From positions 1-64,000 of the forward strand of contig JAVECO010000027.1 of assembly GCA_051942205.1 (NCBI GenBank): a stretch of 64,000 bases of DNA. Reading direction: 5' to 3'. The position numbers and the translations under genes are program-made. Below the pieces are notes generated by a model. It made no database searches. It worked only from the letters and a program-made list of their open reading frames with translations, and had not been told where the DNA came from. This stretch comes from Coniocarpon cinnabarinum. Its lineage: Eukaryota. Shown one piece after another: positions 23,768 through 36,100 of the stretch (position 1 is its first letter; every line of letters begins with the position of its first letter).

Positions 23768-24194
23768 TTTGATGCTGGGATAATCGTGCTTTTCAGGTAT
23801 GCTATGAGGAATATTGCCAACCCAAGGACGCCTGAGGGCTACGTGAAAATCCTTCGGCTTGAGATGTGCCGAGATTTTTTTTTTGGAAGATATGTTGAGT
23901 TGGGTGTAGGTACTTCTGGAAGTCGATGGCGGACTCGAGCCTAGAACTTGAGAACTTACGAATAAGAATTAGCTAAACTGTTCCAAATATGGCGTCGACC
24001 TCTCTGTGCTATGGCGTCTCCTCGTTCGCTAGTGCTACATGAATGACAACTGTGTTCTTGGCTTTTCTGACTTGTGACGTCACCCTACTGCCTCTCATCA
24101 AGTCCGCTGAGAGGTATTGAAGTCTTCTTAAAGTTGAATTCGTCATTTATTTAAAACATTCCAGCGAGCCCTTGATCCTTTCTCGTTCTTCAGG

Positions 24195-26177
24195 ATGCCG
24201 CTTGCAAAGAGCAAAAACAGCGTTGGGCTGGGCAATAGCCTAATGAATGATCGATTTGGGAAAGGCAAAGGTCAGGACATGAGAAGAGGTCCCAAAGGTA
24301 TTCAGCGGACGGCACCAGATGGCTCAACATATGTCACCACACCAAAACAAGAGGCGGAATGGATGAAAATGAGGTCGATCACTGAGCAAGGAGCTCTGGA
24401 CGAGTTCCTTAGCAACGCGGAGCTAGCAGGCACAGACTTCCAAGCGGAGAAGATGGACAACGTGAAAATAATACACAGGGATCAGAAGAATCCATACCTC
24501 CTCTCGGCAGCTGAAGAGCGAGCCACAGTAAAGAAGCAGAACGAGCGGAGGAAACGGCTGAAAGTTCCCAGACGGCCGCCCTGGGATGAGGACACCTCAC
24601 CGCGAGAGCTCGACGAGCGGGAGAGAGAATCGCTGCTTGAATGGAGGAGAGGCCTAGCGGATCTGCAGGAGAATGACGACTTACTCATGACACCATTCGA
24701 GAGAAACATCGAAGTGTGGCGCCAGCTTTGGCGCGTAATCGAGAGGTCGGATTTGGTGGTGCAAATCGTTGATGCAAGAAATCCTCTATTGTTTCGATGC
24801 GAGGATCTTGAGCGCTATGTGAAGGAGGTCGATGCTAAGAAGAACAATTTACTTCTCGTCAACAAAGCAGACATGATGACGTTTGAGCAACGTAAAGCAT
24901 GGGCCGATTACTTCACCAAAGCCGGCATCAACTTTCGATTCTTTTCCGCGCAGCTAGCAAAAGGAATAAACGATGCGGCAGATTCAGACTATGACTCGGA
25001 AGAGACTGATGACTCAGACGAGCTGGATGATGGAGAAGACGAGACAAGACTTGCCGAAGCAGCGCGGGAAATCCATCTGCAGGACCAGCATGATCAGGAA
25101 TCGCAGTGGACAGACGAAGAAAGCGTAAACGTGGCTCACCTGCGGAGCGAAGTCGGCACGCCCACAGACATTATTACTACTGACCAACTCGAGCAGCTAT
25201 TTCTGGAGCATGCGCCTCACCCGGACACTGGCCAAGAAGCAGAGTCTCAACCCCACAAGACAACAATTGGGCTGGTGGGCTACCCTAATGTCGGGAAATC
25301 TTCTACAATCAACGCTTTAATCGGAGCCAAGAAGGTTTCAGTGTCTGCTACGCCTGGGAAGACAAAGCATTTTCAAACTATTCATCTGAGTGACCAAGTC
25401 ATACTTTGTGATTGTCCCGGCCTAGTCTTCCCAAACTTCGCTACAACTAAGGCTGAACTCGTCTGCAACGGTGTACTTCCTATCGATCAGATGCGAGAGT
25501 ACACGGGTCCAGCATCACTAGTAGCTCAGCGGATACCTCAAGCCTTCTTAGAAGCAGTCTATGGAATCAATGTTGACACGCGCCCACTTGAAGAAGGTGG
25601 AACAGGGTTGCCGACTGGAGAGGAAATCTTGCAAGCATATGCTAAAGCTCGAGGTTTCTGGACACAGGGACAAGGTCAGCCAGATGAGTCTCGTGCTGCC
25701 CGCTCAGTCCTGAAGGACTACGTGAGAGGTAAATTATTGTTCTGCCATCCACCGCCAAGCACACCTCCTATAAACGAGCGTGCTTTCAACCGCGATCTCT
25801 ACGACTTGTCTCACCTGCCGCAAAAGCGTCGCGCAGTTATAGCCGCACAGGAGGAGTCAATAGTCGGTAATGAGGAAAACCCTTCTCTCATGGATCATCC
25901 AGATGTTGTCCCTTTGCCAAATGCAAGCGGACATAAATCGCAAGCACTTGACAAGAGATTTTTCGCTCCTGGTCAGGGTAACGCTGGACACATGAGCAAG
26001 CCATTTGAACGGAAACAAGACGAGCAGAGTCTCTCGGCTAGCAAGCAGCTCTCAGGAAGAAAGCTGAAGACGATGATTGCTCTAGAAAAAGACCTCGATC
26101 CAGCCGACGTGAGGCTCAATAGTAAAAAGCACTTCAAACGCAACAAAAGGGGCAAAATACGTGGCGAGTACACATGA
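24195..26177 (+). CDS. LSG1: Large subunit GTPase 1 (circularly permuted GTPase)
   Basis: TPFERNIEVWRQLWRVIERSD, DARNPL, NKAD, GYPNVGKSS, TPGKTKHFQT and DCPG motifs. Confidence 0.96.
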   Translation: MPLAKSKNSVGLGNSLMNDRFGKGKGQDMRRGPKGIQRTAPDGSTYVTTPKQEAEWMKMRSITEQGALDEFLSNAELAGTDFQAEKMDNVKIIHRDQKNPYLLSAAEERATVKKQNERRKRLKVPRRPPWDEDTSPRELDERERESLLEWRRGLADLQENDDLLMTPFERNIEVWRQLWRVIERSDLVVQIVDARNPLLFRCEDLERYVKEVDAKKNNLLLVNKADMMTFEQRKAWADYFTKAGINFRFFSAQLAKGINDAADSDYDSEETDDSDELDDGEDETRLAEAAREIHLQDQHDQESQWTDEESVNVAHLRSEVGTPTDIITTDQLEQLFLEHAPHPDTGQEAESQPHKTTIGLVGYPNVGKSSTINALIGAKKVSVSATPGKTKHFQTIHLSDQVILCDCPGLVFPNFATTKAELVCNGVLPIDQMREYTGPASLVAQRIPQAFLEAVYGINVDTRPLEEGGTGLPTGEEILQAYAKARGFWTQGQGQPDESRAARSVLKDYVRGKLLFCHPPPSTPPINERAFNRDLYDLSHLPQKRRAVIAAQEESIVGNEENPSLMDHPDVVPLPNASGHKSQALDKRFFAPGQGNAGHMSKPFERKQDEQSLSASKQLSGRKLKTMIALEKDLDPADVRLNSKKHFKRNKRGKIRGEYT

Positions 26178-26572
26178 GGTTCACGAGATTCACATCATAG
26201 GAGAACAAACCTTGACAGTAATCTATCTTCAGCCGCTTCTTTTTCTATGTTGAGTGTAAATGCTCAACATGGATAGTGAGAAGGCTCGCTTCTAAATGCA
26301 AGCCATCTAGACTCCTGAATCACATCACCTACCTGCCTAAGAACGCCCCAGTTTCATTCTATGTATGTGAATCTTGGTATACATTGCATCATGCTGCACT
26401 AGCGTGATCGGGCTCTCGAGTCATTGATCTGCTATTTTTCCGTTTTAATCCTCAATTCTAGTTCAGACAATAGCCAGCACTGCTTTCTACAAGCTGCTTC
26501 GTTGTTCCTTGATTCTTGTCTTGTCGTTTCATTGACGTAGTTTTTGTGAGACAGCAAGTGCATACCATAAAC

Positions 26573-27114
26573 ATGACAGACGTCCGATCCAAGAATGGTA
26601 CATCCAATCTATCAGATCTTGTCTCCCTCCACCGTCTCCAACTCACTGACAGTATTTAGTTTACTCCAAGCCCCTCCACGCCCTCAGCACATCCCAAAAT
26701 CCTCTCCCAGGCGCCGATCGCTCCGGATTCTGTCGCGGCACGGACGCCTCAGACCCTGACAACCACTCCGTCGGCGCCATCCTGACCTCCAAATTCCTCG
26801 ACTTCACGGCCTCCAAAGGCAACGACCTCCGTCAAGAAGCGGGCGTCCAAGAAGGTCAGCGCTGGTGTCTATGCGCGTCCCGGTGGCGAGAGGCGTTCGA
26901 AGCGGCAGATGGCGATCAAGACGAGAAGGTACCCAAGGTGATGCTGCATGCGACTGGTGAACGAGCGCTGGATGTGGTGGGATTTAAGGATTTGAAGAAA
27001 TACGCGAGTGAGCCTGAGGCTTCGAATGCGGGGACGCATGCGCAGGAGCCGAGTAGTCATCCGGAGAGTCCGTTTAAGCCTGGTCAGCCTGGTGGGAAGG
27101 AGCCGAAGGCGTGA
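26573..27114 (+). CDS. DUF2237 family protein (2 exons; missing from the ORF track)
   Basis: MTDVRSKN, intron 26598-26659, then VYSKPL..RSGFC..NHSVGA..FLDFTASKGNDLR..GQRWCLCASRWREA..PKVMLHAT. Confidence 0.88.
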
Positions 27115-28383
27115 ATTGGTGGCTAGGTAAGAGCGTGTGTTGGGCGTGCTTGCAGACAGTTGTGAGCAGCATGCATATCTGTAATATAGGAAAAGACTTT
27201 GGCATTTACACAGCGCTTAGCAGAGGATATAGACAACGCGCAGCCGCTTCTCATTGAACTTGCCACGCACTAGTGTCCAGTCCGTTTTTCTCATCTTGGA
27301 GGTGCTCCTTTCGAGAGCGATGCTAGCACTTTCAGAATGGAACATAAGACCGTTGCACACGGCGCAGGCTGATCAATCGAACTGCAGTTTTGCAGCGAGC
27401 TCATGCGCATCTATGAAGGCAAAGCACCTTTGGTATTGTCGAAGTCTACACCTCAGCTCTATAGGTCAACTGGATCGAGACTGAAAACTAAATACGCCTC
27501 GTTGCAGTGCTACCCAGGTGTAGCTACCATTCTTCTGCAGAGATTTTCTAGGCTGCTGGACCCTTAGCATTGCAAGCGCGTATACACAAGGTCTCTGACG
27601 TCTGCTCGCTACCTCATAGCACACATGATTGTAGCAATGTAAGAGGCAATAACATACTCAAGCCCCTGGTCCACCCAAAATCGAAATAACAAATTAGCCT
27701 GTACAGGTCGCAAGACTTGCGATCGCACACCAATGACTATGTCATCCCAGCATCCGAAAAGTGTCCAGAGGTAGCTTACTCTAACATTTGAGCAACAAAA
27801 CTCTGGGGATGCTGAATATCCTGTGGGAATGCTTCTCCACTGTCTTCCTTGAGCCGATCACCTGAGCACCCCATCTCCAAGGGTCTTCGTCACAGTGTTA
27901 CGTTGTGGTGCCAATGTCAAAGGCATTTCCTTTCTCATCTGTCGCTTCGAATGATGGGATGTCAGCACGCTGTTGCCCTTTCTTCGTCTCCCTTGGTTTC
28001 CAACGTGCCTCCAAACGTCTCTCGACTCACGCAGCACGCACCCAAGTCATTTTCGTAAGCTGTTGTCGTGTGAGAAATGCATGCAACTCATTGGCAATGA
28101 TATAATGGGGGAAACCACGTGACGTGCAGGGTAGTGGGGCGCTACTCGGGAAGGGCCGGCTTGGCTTGAGTGGCTTGTTACCATATGACGCTCGAAGGGT
28201 CACGGTGTCTTCTTTATTGTTGGAGGTGCTTAGACGTATCTGGTGATTCTTCATCCTCTCCTTGACCCCTCGGACACGGACATGTCTCACTTACGTTCCT
28301 TGATACTATGCTCTCACTGTCTTGAGACACCGTCTTGAAACCAGCTCATAAATCCCTAAGCCGCATTCCAGCATTGCTTCAAC

Positions 28384-30439
28384 ATGTGAGCTCCCCAACC
28401 TGTCCTTGCTCTTCAACCAGCTCGCTTACACTTTAGAATCAGGATTCCCTACATAAACACGCGTGGGTCCTATCACCATTTTTGCGTTCAGCCACAGACT
28501 TACGTAATCTCTAGCTTTTGAATATGTTGCTGGCCCCGTTGGTGCTTCTGTAGACGATCGTATGTGCAGACTAAGGTCTTCGACTAAGCTACATTGCTGA
28601 CAATCGCCAGTCAAGCTTGTGGTCTGCCTTATCCTCTCCTACCCTCTCGCGGCAATCTTGAAACGAATTCCAGACTCGAAGCCACACCTTAAAAACATTT
28701 TCACAATATGCGTCTCTCTCTTTTTCCTCGTAGGCGTCTACGACCTGTGGAGCGGCCTGCGCACCCTCCTAGTCACCTGCGCCGGCGCGTACATAATTGC
28801 GAGATACCTCTCAGGCCCTGTCATGCCATGGTTAGGCTTCTTCTTTCTAATGGGCCACATGTCCATCAATCACGTGTATCGACATAGACACACCGCACCA
28901 GGAGAGTTTGACCATACCGGCGCCCAGATGGTCCTTGTAATGAAACTCTCTGCTTTTTGCTGGAACGTTCATGATGGTCGCTTGAAGGAGCAAGACATCG
29001 GTAACTTCCAGAAAGAGCACAGAATCAAAGAGATTCCCAATTTGCTCGACTACATGGGCTATTGCTTTTTCTTTCCAGGACTTCTGATCGGACCTGCCTT
29101 TGACTACATCGATTACAAGCGCTACATTGAGACTTCCATGTTCGATATTCCCCCAGGTGTTGATCCGATCAAAGCGCCTCCAAGGCGCAAAAATAGAAGA
29201 GTGCCGCAGAGCGGTGTGCCCGCAGCGAAAACCTTTGCCGCTGGTGTTGTGTGGATTTTCGTATTCCTCATCTTGATAAGGTCTTACAATACGGAAGTGG
29301 TTTTGAGCTCGGACTTCACCTCTTACAACTTTCTGCGCCGAATATGGATGATTTATATGTTCACTTTCGTGGCTCGCGCCCAATACTACGGCGCATGGTC
29401 ACTGGCAGAAGGCTCATGCATACTCAGTGGCATCACTTACAAAGGCATAAATGAGAAGACGGGGCGTGTCGATTGGGACCGGCTGCAAAACATTCGGCCT
29501 TTGGGTGTTGAGTTGGCACAGAATACCCGAGCATTTCTCGGCAACTGGAACATCAACACGAACAATTGGCTTAGAAACTATGTTTATCTGCGTGTGACCC
29601 CCAAAGGGGAGAAGCCAGGTTTTCTGGCCAGTTTGTCAACCTTTGGCGCGAGTGCGTTTTGGCACGGTTTCATGCCGGGATACTACCTCACATTCATCCT
29701 CGGTGCTTTCCTGCAAACAGTGGCGAAACGTAAGTCGCGAGATCCATTTTCGTTCCATCAAGGTTTTAGACGACAACGGCATTGACTTAGATATTAATCA
29801 TTCACTGACCAAGTCACAGACTTCCGCCGCTGGGTCCGGCCGTTCTTCCTCCACCCTTTCACAGACGCCCCTCTTCCGAGCAAGCGCTACTATGATTTCG
29901 TCTCATGGGTAGCTACACAAATGGCTCTTTCATTCTGCGTTGCGCCTTTCTTACTGCTGCAGCTGCACAACTGTATGCAGGTCTGGGCAGCGGTATACTT
30001 CTACGTTCTTTTTGGCGTAGCTTTGTCTTTGGGCTTCTTCAATTCACCCGGCAAAGACATATTGCGGAGACGACTTGCTGAACGTGCCAAGGCTGCAGGG
30101 ATCAGCACACCTAGATCCTCAACACCAGTACCAGATAAGAGTCGAGCAGAGCTAGAGCAGCTGATGCCTGGCCAGCAACGTGAAAACGTGCGCGGCCCGC
30201 ACCTAGGTCTGCCCGAGGATCCAGGAGCCGAGTTGGACGGTGTGATGCATGAGATCAGGAAAGAGGTCGAGGCCAGAAGATCTCGCGGTCAGAGCTTAGG
30301 TCAAGGCTTGCAGGAGGTGATGACAGAAAAGGTCGAGGAGCTTCGAAAAGCTGGAGGCGACCAGAGCCGTCAAGTTGCGGATCAACTTGACGGTGTCTTG
30401 GATGGTACCAATTTTCAGAAGCTTAAGAAGGACAAGTAG
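28384..30439 (+). CDS. ALE1: MBOAT lysophospholipid acyltransferase (5 exons)
   Basis: MIPYINTPF.. with the start split AT|G; TGAQMVLVMKLSAFCWN, NWNINTNNWLRNYVYLR and SAFWHG motifs. Confidence 0.93.
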
Positions 30440-31255
30440 AATGTCTGGCTTTTGAATCGTAACGGTTTTGCATCGCTACGTGACGGCAAGCCAGGTATTG
30501 GTCGTCTCGCAATCCGACGATGGCGAGGATTGGCCGAGCGCCTTGGTCTCGCAGTTGCAGTCACTGACGGTCAGCACAGAATATTCATGTCGAGGTCAAG
30601 TACGAGACACCTGAGTAAGCGTGCAGCGTAGCGCTAATGCACGTAAGCTACCCAAGACTTAACACGAGGTGTCTCGAGGTCCCAACAAGAGTCGACGGGA
30701 GACGTCGGCCAGGTCTGCGTCTTGTCTTGTCTCGGACTTAGTAGGTACCATCCTGCGACAAGCTGCTCTGAGTGTTAACGGGATAGCTAAGTCAACAGAA
30801 CATCTTGAAGGCTTGCAAGGCTAGAAATGATAGGCATCGCCGTCTCCAACCAGTCAAGATGGCTGCCGCTGTCTGCGAGCACTGAGCCTTTTTCCCCTAC
30901 TTTCCTTCCGTAACTAGATACATCTATCGAAGCTGACCGCACACGCGAACATGGTTGCCGCAAAGAAATATGACATGCAGAAGAGAGGTACAAGGGAGCA
31001 AGGAGCTTTATTTCTAAGCAATCCCCTTCGACGCGCAGCTGCGACGTCATTAGGTCAAGCGCTAACGCCGGGGCTGCAGTATATAAGCATGATACTTGAT
31101 ATCATGTCTTAAGCTCCCGATTATTTGCTAAGGAACCGATTATTGCACGTAGGTCAGTTGACGGTGCTCGGCTACACACTGCTCCGCAAAGCGCATTGAA
31201 AGCGCAGACCTTGAGCTCGACAATGTACCATCGTCGGATCGAGCCTGTACAAATC

Positions 31256-32339
31256 ATGTCTGAGGAACTCGCCCTGCCAAAAGGAAGCACGATACTGGTC
31301 ACAGGTGTCACAGGATATTTGGGCTCGCATGTCGTCGATCAGCTCCTACAACGCGGCTACGCCGTGCGTGGCACGTCTCGTGATAGTTCCAAAGCGCAAG
31401 TAGCCACCAACTTCTTCCACTCCAAATACCTATCCAATCTCTTCGAGATCAGGCTGGTGACAGATCCCGATTCCACGTATGCCTATCACGAGGTCATGGA
31501 TGGTGTCGATGGGGTAGTTCATGTCGCTGCGGACACCTCGTTTCCTTCAGATCCAAGCGCTGCCATCTTACCTGGTGTTGAAGGGATGAAGACCCTGCTG
31601 TTTGCGGCAGCAGCTCGTCCCTCCATCAGACGCTTTGTGTACACGTCGAGTGCAGTCGCAATCGCAAGTCGAGCTCCCAACACGCCCAGGCACCTCACTA
31701 AAGATATGTGGAATGATCCGGCGATTGAACAAGCTTGGGCAGAGCCACACGATCGATCAAAGGCGTTCATCGTCTACTGTGCTTTGAAGACTACAGTTGA
31801 GAGGGAAGGTGCGTCGCATTAACGTGATCTGTTCGCACGATCGTTAGGCTGTACTGACAGAGAAAAATACAGCGTTTAAGTTCATGGCTGAGCAAAAACC
31901 TCACTTCGTTTTTAACGCGGTCAATCCAGACTTTGTGACCGGTGCTCTCCTGCTACCGTCATTGCCTCGACGTACTGCCGGTATGGTTCAGTGCTTGTAT
32001 GATGGCGACATCTCCGATTTCGAGCAGAGACGCTGGCAGCCCAGCTTCATGGTTGACGTGCGTGATACTGCGCGCCTGCATGTCGCAGCTTTGCTATTTC
32101 CTGACGTGGCAAACGAGCGGCTGCCAGGATATAGCGAGCCTATATCGATCAATGAAATGATTGAGACGTTCAGGAAAATCAGCCCGGGTTGGGACAAGTT
32201 ACCACTACAGGAGCCTGAGCAACGAGACCTGAGCACTGTAGACTGTGGCAGAAGTTTGGAAATGTTACAGCGGATGGGTCAGGCAGATTGGGTATCCTTA
32301 GAGCAGAGCGTGAAAGAATGCGTCGAGTCAATATCGTGA
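31256..32339 (+). CDS. NAD(P)-dependent aldehyde reductase / epimerase-dehydratase (extended SDR)
   Basis: TGVTGYLG, VVHVAA, RRFVYTSS, YCALK and VDVRDTARLHV motifs; intron 31809-31872. Confidence 0.9.
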
Positions 32340-33144
32340 TGATGTTCAGTTTATACTTACACCAACACCATCTGCAACGACGCGGCTTCTGAATGCGGGC
32401 ACTCGAATCAAGCTAGCTATTCCACAGAATGTCCATGACGGCTACTGTTACCCATGCAGAACGTGCGCAAGGGGAGCCACAAGTGCTTGCATTTCTAGAC
32501 ACGTGACATTCCAAAGCTCGGATTATGCGTCGGTCATTGCGGGCCGGAGAGGAACCGCAGGAGCACGAGCCGATGCGATGCGAATACTTACTGGTCCTGT
32601 GACGGGACGAGCGCCCCATCTCAACGGCTCAAGGCTGCAGTGACAATCGATAGCCAAACACCACGGGCGCACGTGCTGAAGGACCGGCTGTAGAGAGAAG
32701 GGGGAAGAGAAGACGGGCGCTTATGTAGGAGTGCGTGGAGTGGAGAAAGAATGGAGAATGGAGAATGGAGAATGGAGAAGCTAGCGCTTAAGGACGTCTA
32801 GCGTTGTTTCACGTGCACTGCTTGCGTGACCGCCCCCCGTCGGAATTAAGCTGAAACCAGTAACAAAGTTGTATTCCACCTCCGCTGCGGATGCACTCTC
32901 TATCTAATCTTCTTTCACCTGCCCTCATGACGGCCATCCGCCAGCCCTCGTCGCTCGCCGAACTTGGGGACGGAGGAGTATAGTCTCAGTGCTTTGCGTC
33001 CCACGTCCCACGCCGGGCTTGTCGCGTACACTCCTTTCGCGTCGCCCTCTGTCCTTTCCCTTTCCCTTCACACCCCCCCTGGCCTTCAGACCACCTCTAC
33101 TTTTGTCTCCGCGTTGACCGCCACCTGCGCCACGCTCGCCCACC

Positions 33145-36100
33145 ATGTCGCTCTACGACATTGGCACGCGGGCATGGCAGCCCAACGAGCAGGAGGGTTG
33201 GATCGCCTCCGAGGTGGTCGATAAGAAAGTCCACGGCAAGCAAGTCGTGCTCGTGTTTCGGCTGGCAAATGATGAAGTATGATTTTACACCACTTCACAC
33301 CGACTACGCAGATCACACTCTGACATATCGCGCGCCCAGGAGAAAAGAGTCGAGACTGACCTCGACACTCTGCAAAATGACCCCAAAGGCACCCTACCGC
33401 CGTTAATGAACCCGACCATGCTTGAAGCAAGCGATGACCTTACTAACCTTTCACACCTCAATGAACCCGCAGGTTGGCTCTCCCCAATATGAGACGGCGC
33501 TTGCGATAGTCACTAATCCTTGTTGCAGTCCTCCACGCCATCAAGCTAAGATACGCCCAAAATGAAATCTACACATACTCTGGCATTGTCCTCATCGCTA
33601 CCAATCCTTTCGCACGTGTCGACTCGCTCTATGTCCCTGGCATGGTTCAGGTATACGCTGGCAAACAAAGGCAATCGCAAGCCCCGCATCTATTTGCAAT
33701 CGCTGAAGAAGCGTTCGCGGACATGCTGCGGGATGGCCGGAATCAGACGATTGTCGTGTCAGGGGAATCCGGTGCGGGAAAGACTGTCAGCGCCAAATAC
33801 ATCATGCGATACTTTGCGACTCGAGAATCGCCTGATAATCCTGGAGGAAGATCAAAGGGCAGAGCAGACACGATGAGTGTTACCGAACAACAAATCCTAG
33901 CGACGAACCCCATCATGGAAGCCTTCGGCAATGCAAAGACGACTCGGAATGACAACTCATCGCGTTTTGGGAAGTATCTTGAGATCATGTTCAATCAGAA
34001 GACCGACATCATTGGCGCAAGAATACGAACATACTTGTTGGAACGGTCGAGGCTGGTGTTCCAGCCCTCTCAAGAGAGAAATTATCACGTCTTCTATCAG
34101 CTTCTGGCTGGCATGAGCGATACTGAAAAAACTCGTCTAGGTCTTCTAACCGCAGACGATTACGTGTACACTAATCAAGGTCAGACACCAGAGATCGCGG
34201 GCGTCAACGACGCAGGCGAGTTCGAAGCGACAAAGAAAGGACTTTCCATGATTGGTGTGGATGAGAGAAGTCAGTCTCAAATCTGGCAAATCCTTGCTGC
34301 ACTCCTGCACATTGGCAACATCAAGATTACAGCTACGAGAACGGACTCGAGTCTGTCTTCGGACGAGCCATCTTTGGTGAAGGCTTGCGAGTTGCTTGGT
34401 ATCGACGCCAACAGCTTTGCGAAATGGACAGTGAAGAAACAACTCATCACTCGCGGCGAAAAGATCATGTCGAACTTGACTCAAGTTCAAGCGCAGGTCG
34501 TCCGGGACTCGGTCGGCAAATTTATTTACTCAAGTCTGTTCGACTGGCTGGTGGAGATCATCAATCATTCGCTGGCTTCTGAACAGGTCATCTCGCAAGT
34601 ATCGACATTCATCGGTGTGCTGGATATCTACGGTTTTGAACACTTTGCGAAGAACTCGTTCGAACAATTCTGCATCAACTATGCCAATGAAAAACTCCAG
34701 CAGGAATTCAACCAACATGTGTTCAAGCTCGAGCAAGAAGAGTACATGCGAGAGGAGATTGACTGGAAGTTCATCGACTTCGCGGACAACCAACCTTGCA
34801 TCGATCTTATCGAGGGCAAGCTCGGTGTTCTATCTCTTCTTGATGAAGAGTCTCGGTTACCCATGGGATCCGACGAGTCATTCGTGACCAAGCTGCATCA
34901 CAATTTCGGCAGCGACAAGCAGGCTGCCTATAAGAAGCCGAGATTCGGCAAGTCAGCATTTACTATTTGTCATTACGCCCTGGATGTGACGTACGAGTCC
35001 GAAGGCTTCATCGACAAGAACCGCGACACAGTGCCAGACGAGCAGCAAGAGGTACTCAAGGCAACCAGCAATGCTTTCCTGAGCGAGGTTCTTGAGGCGT
35101 CGGCTCTTGTGCGCGAAAAGGAAAGCGGCAGTGTCGCAGCGCCCAAATCGACGAGTGCCGCTGTCGGAGGTAAGCGCATTGCACAACAAGTCAACCGCAA
35201 GCCAACCCTGGGTGGCATCTTCAAATCATCCTTGATCGAATTGATGCACACGATCAATAGCACCGATGTGCATTACATTCGGTGTATCAAGCCTAACGAA
35301 GGTAAAGAAGCGTGGAAGTTTGAGGGACCCATGGTCCTGTCCCAACTGCGCGCCTGTGGTGTTCTGGAGACGATCCGCATTAGTACAGCTGGTTATCCCA
35401 CACGATGGACGTATGAAGAATTCGCGCTTCGATACTACATGCTCGTGCACTCAGATCAATGGACTGCGGAAATCAGGAGTATGGGCAACGCCATTTTGAA
35501 CACCGCTATCGGCGCCGGACGAGAAGACAAGTATCAAATGGGTAAAACCAAGATCTTCTTCCGGGCCGGCATGCTTGCCCTAATGGAGAACAAGCGAACG
35601 ACGCGGCTGAATGAGGCTGCCATCATGATCCAGAAGAATCTACTCGCACACTACTACCGAAGAAGATATCTCGAAGCCAGGGAATCCGTCCTCTTCTCCC
35701 AAGCACAAATACGTGGCTTCCTCGCGAGAAGAACAGCCCAAACCATGCGGCAGAACAAAGCCGCAACCACCATTCAAAGATGTTGGAAAGGCTCACGAGA
35801 GGCCAAAAAGTTCAACGCTATCAAACGTTCTGCCACCTTTTTCAGTGCGGTGTCTCGCGGCTATTTACTGCGTCGCGAACTGCTCAACAAGCGGCTTGGC
35901 GATGCAGCTGTCACTATCCAACGATCATGGCGGAAGCACCAGCAGCTGAAGCAATGGCGATCTTACCGAAAGAAGGTTGTTACCGTACAGAGTCTCTGGC
36001 GTGGTAGGCGCGCTCGCCGTGGTTACAAGACCATGCGAGAAGAAGCTCGCGACCTGAAGCAAATATCCTACAAACTCGAAAACAAGGTGGTCGAGCTTAC

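Noticed and set aside
32740..32780. (GGAGAAT)n and CACGTG motifs upstream of MYO2
   Set aside because: A short microsatellite and a common hexamer; no function can be supported from sequence alone.
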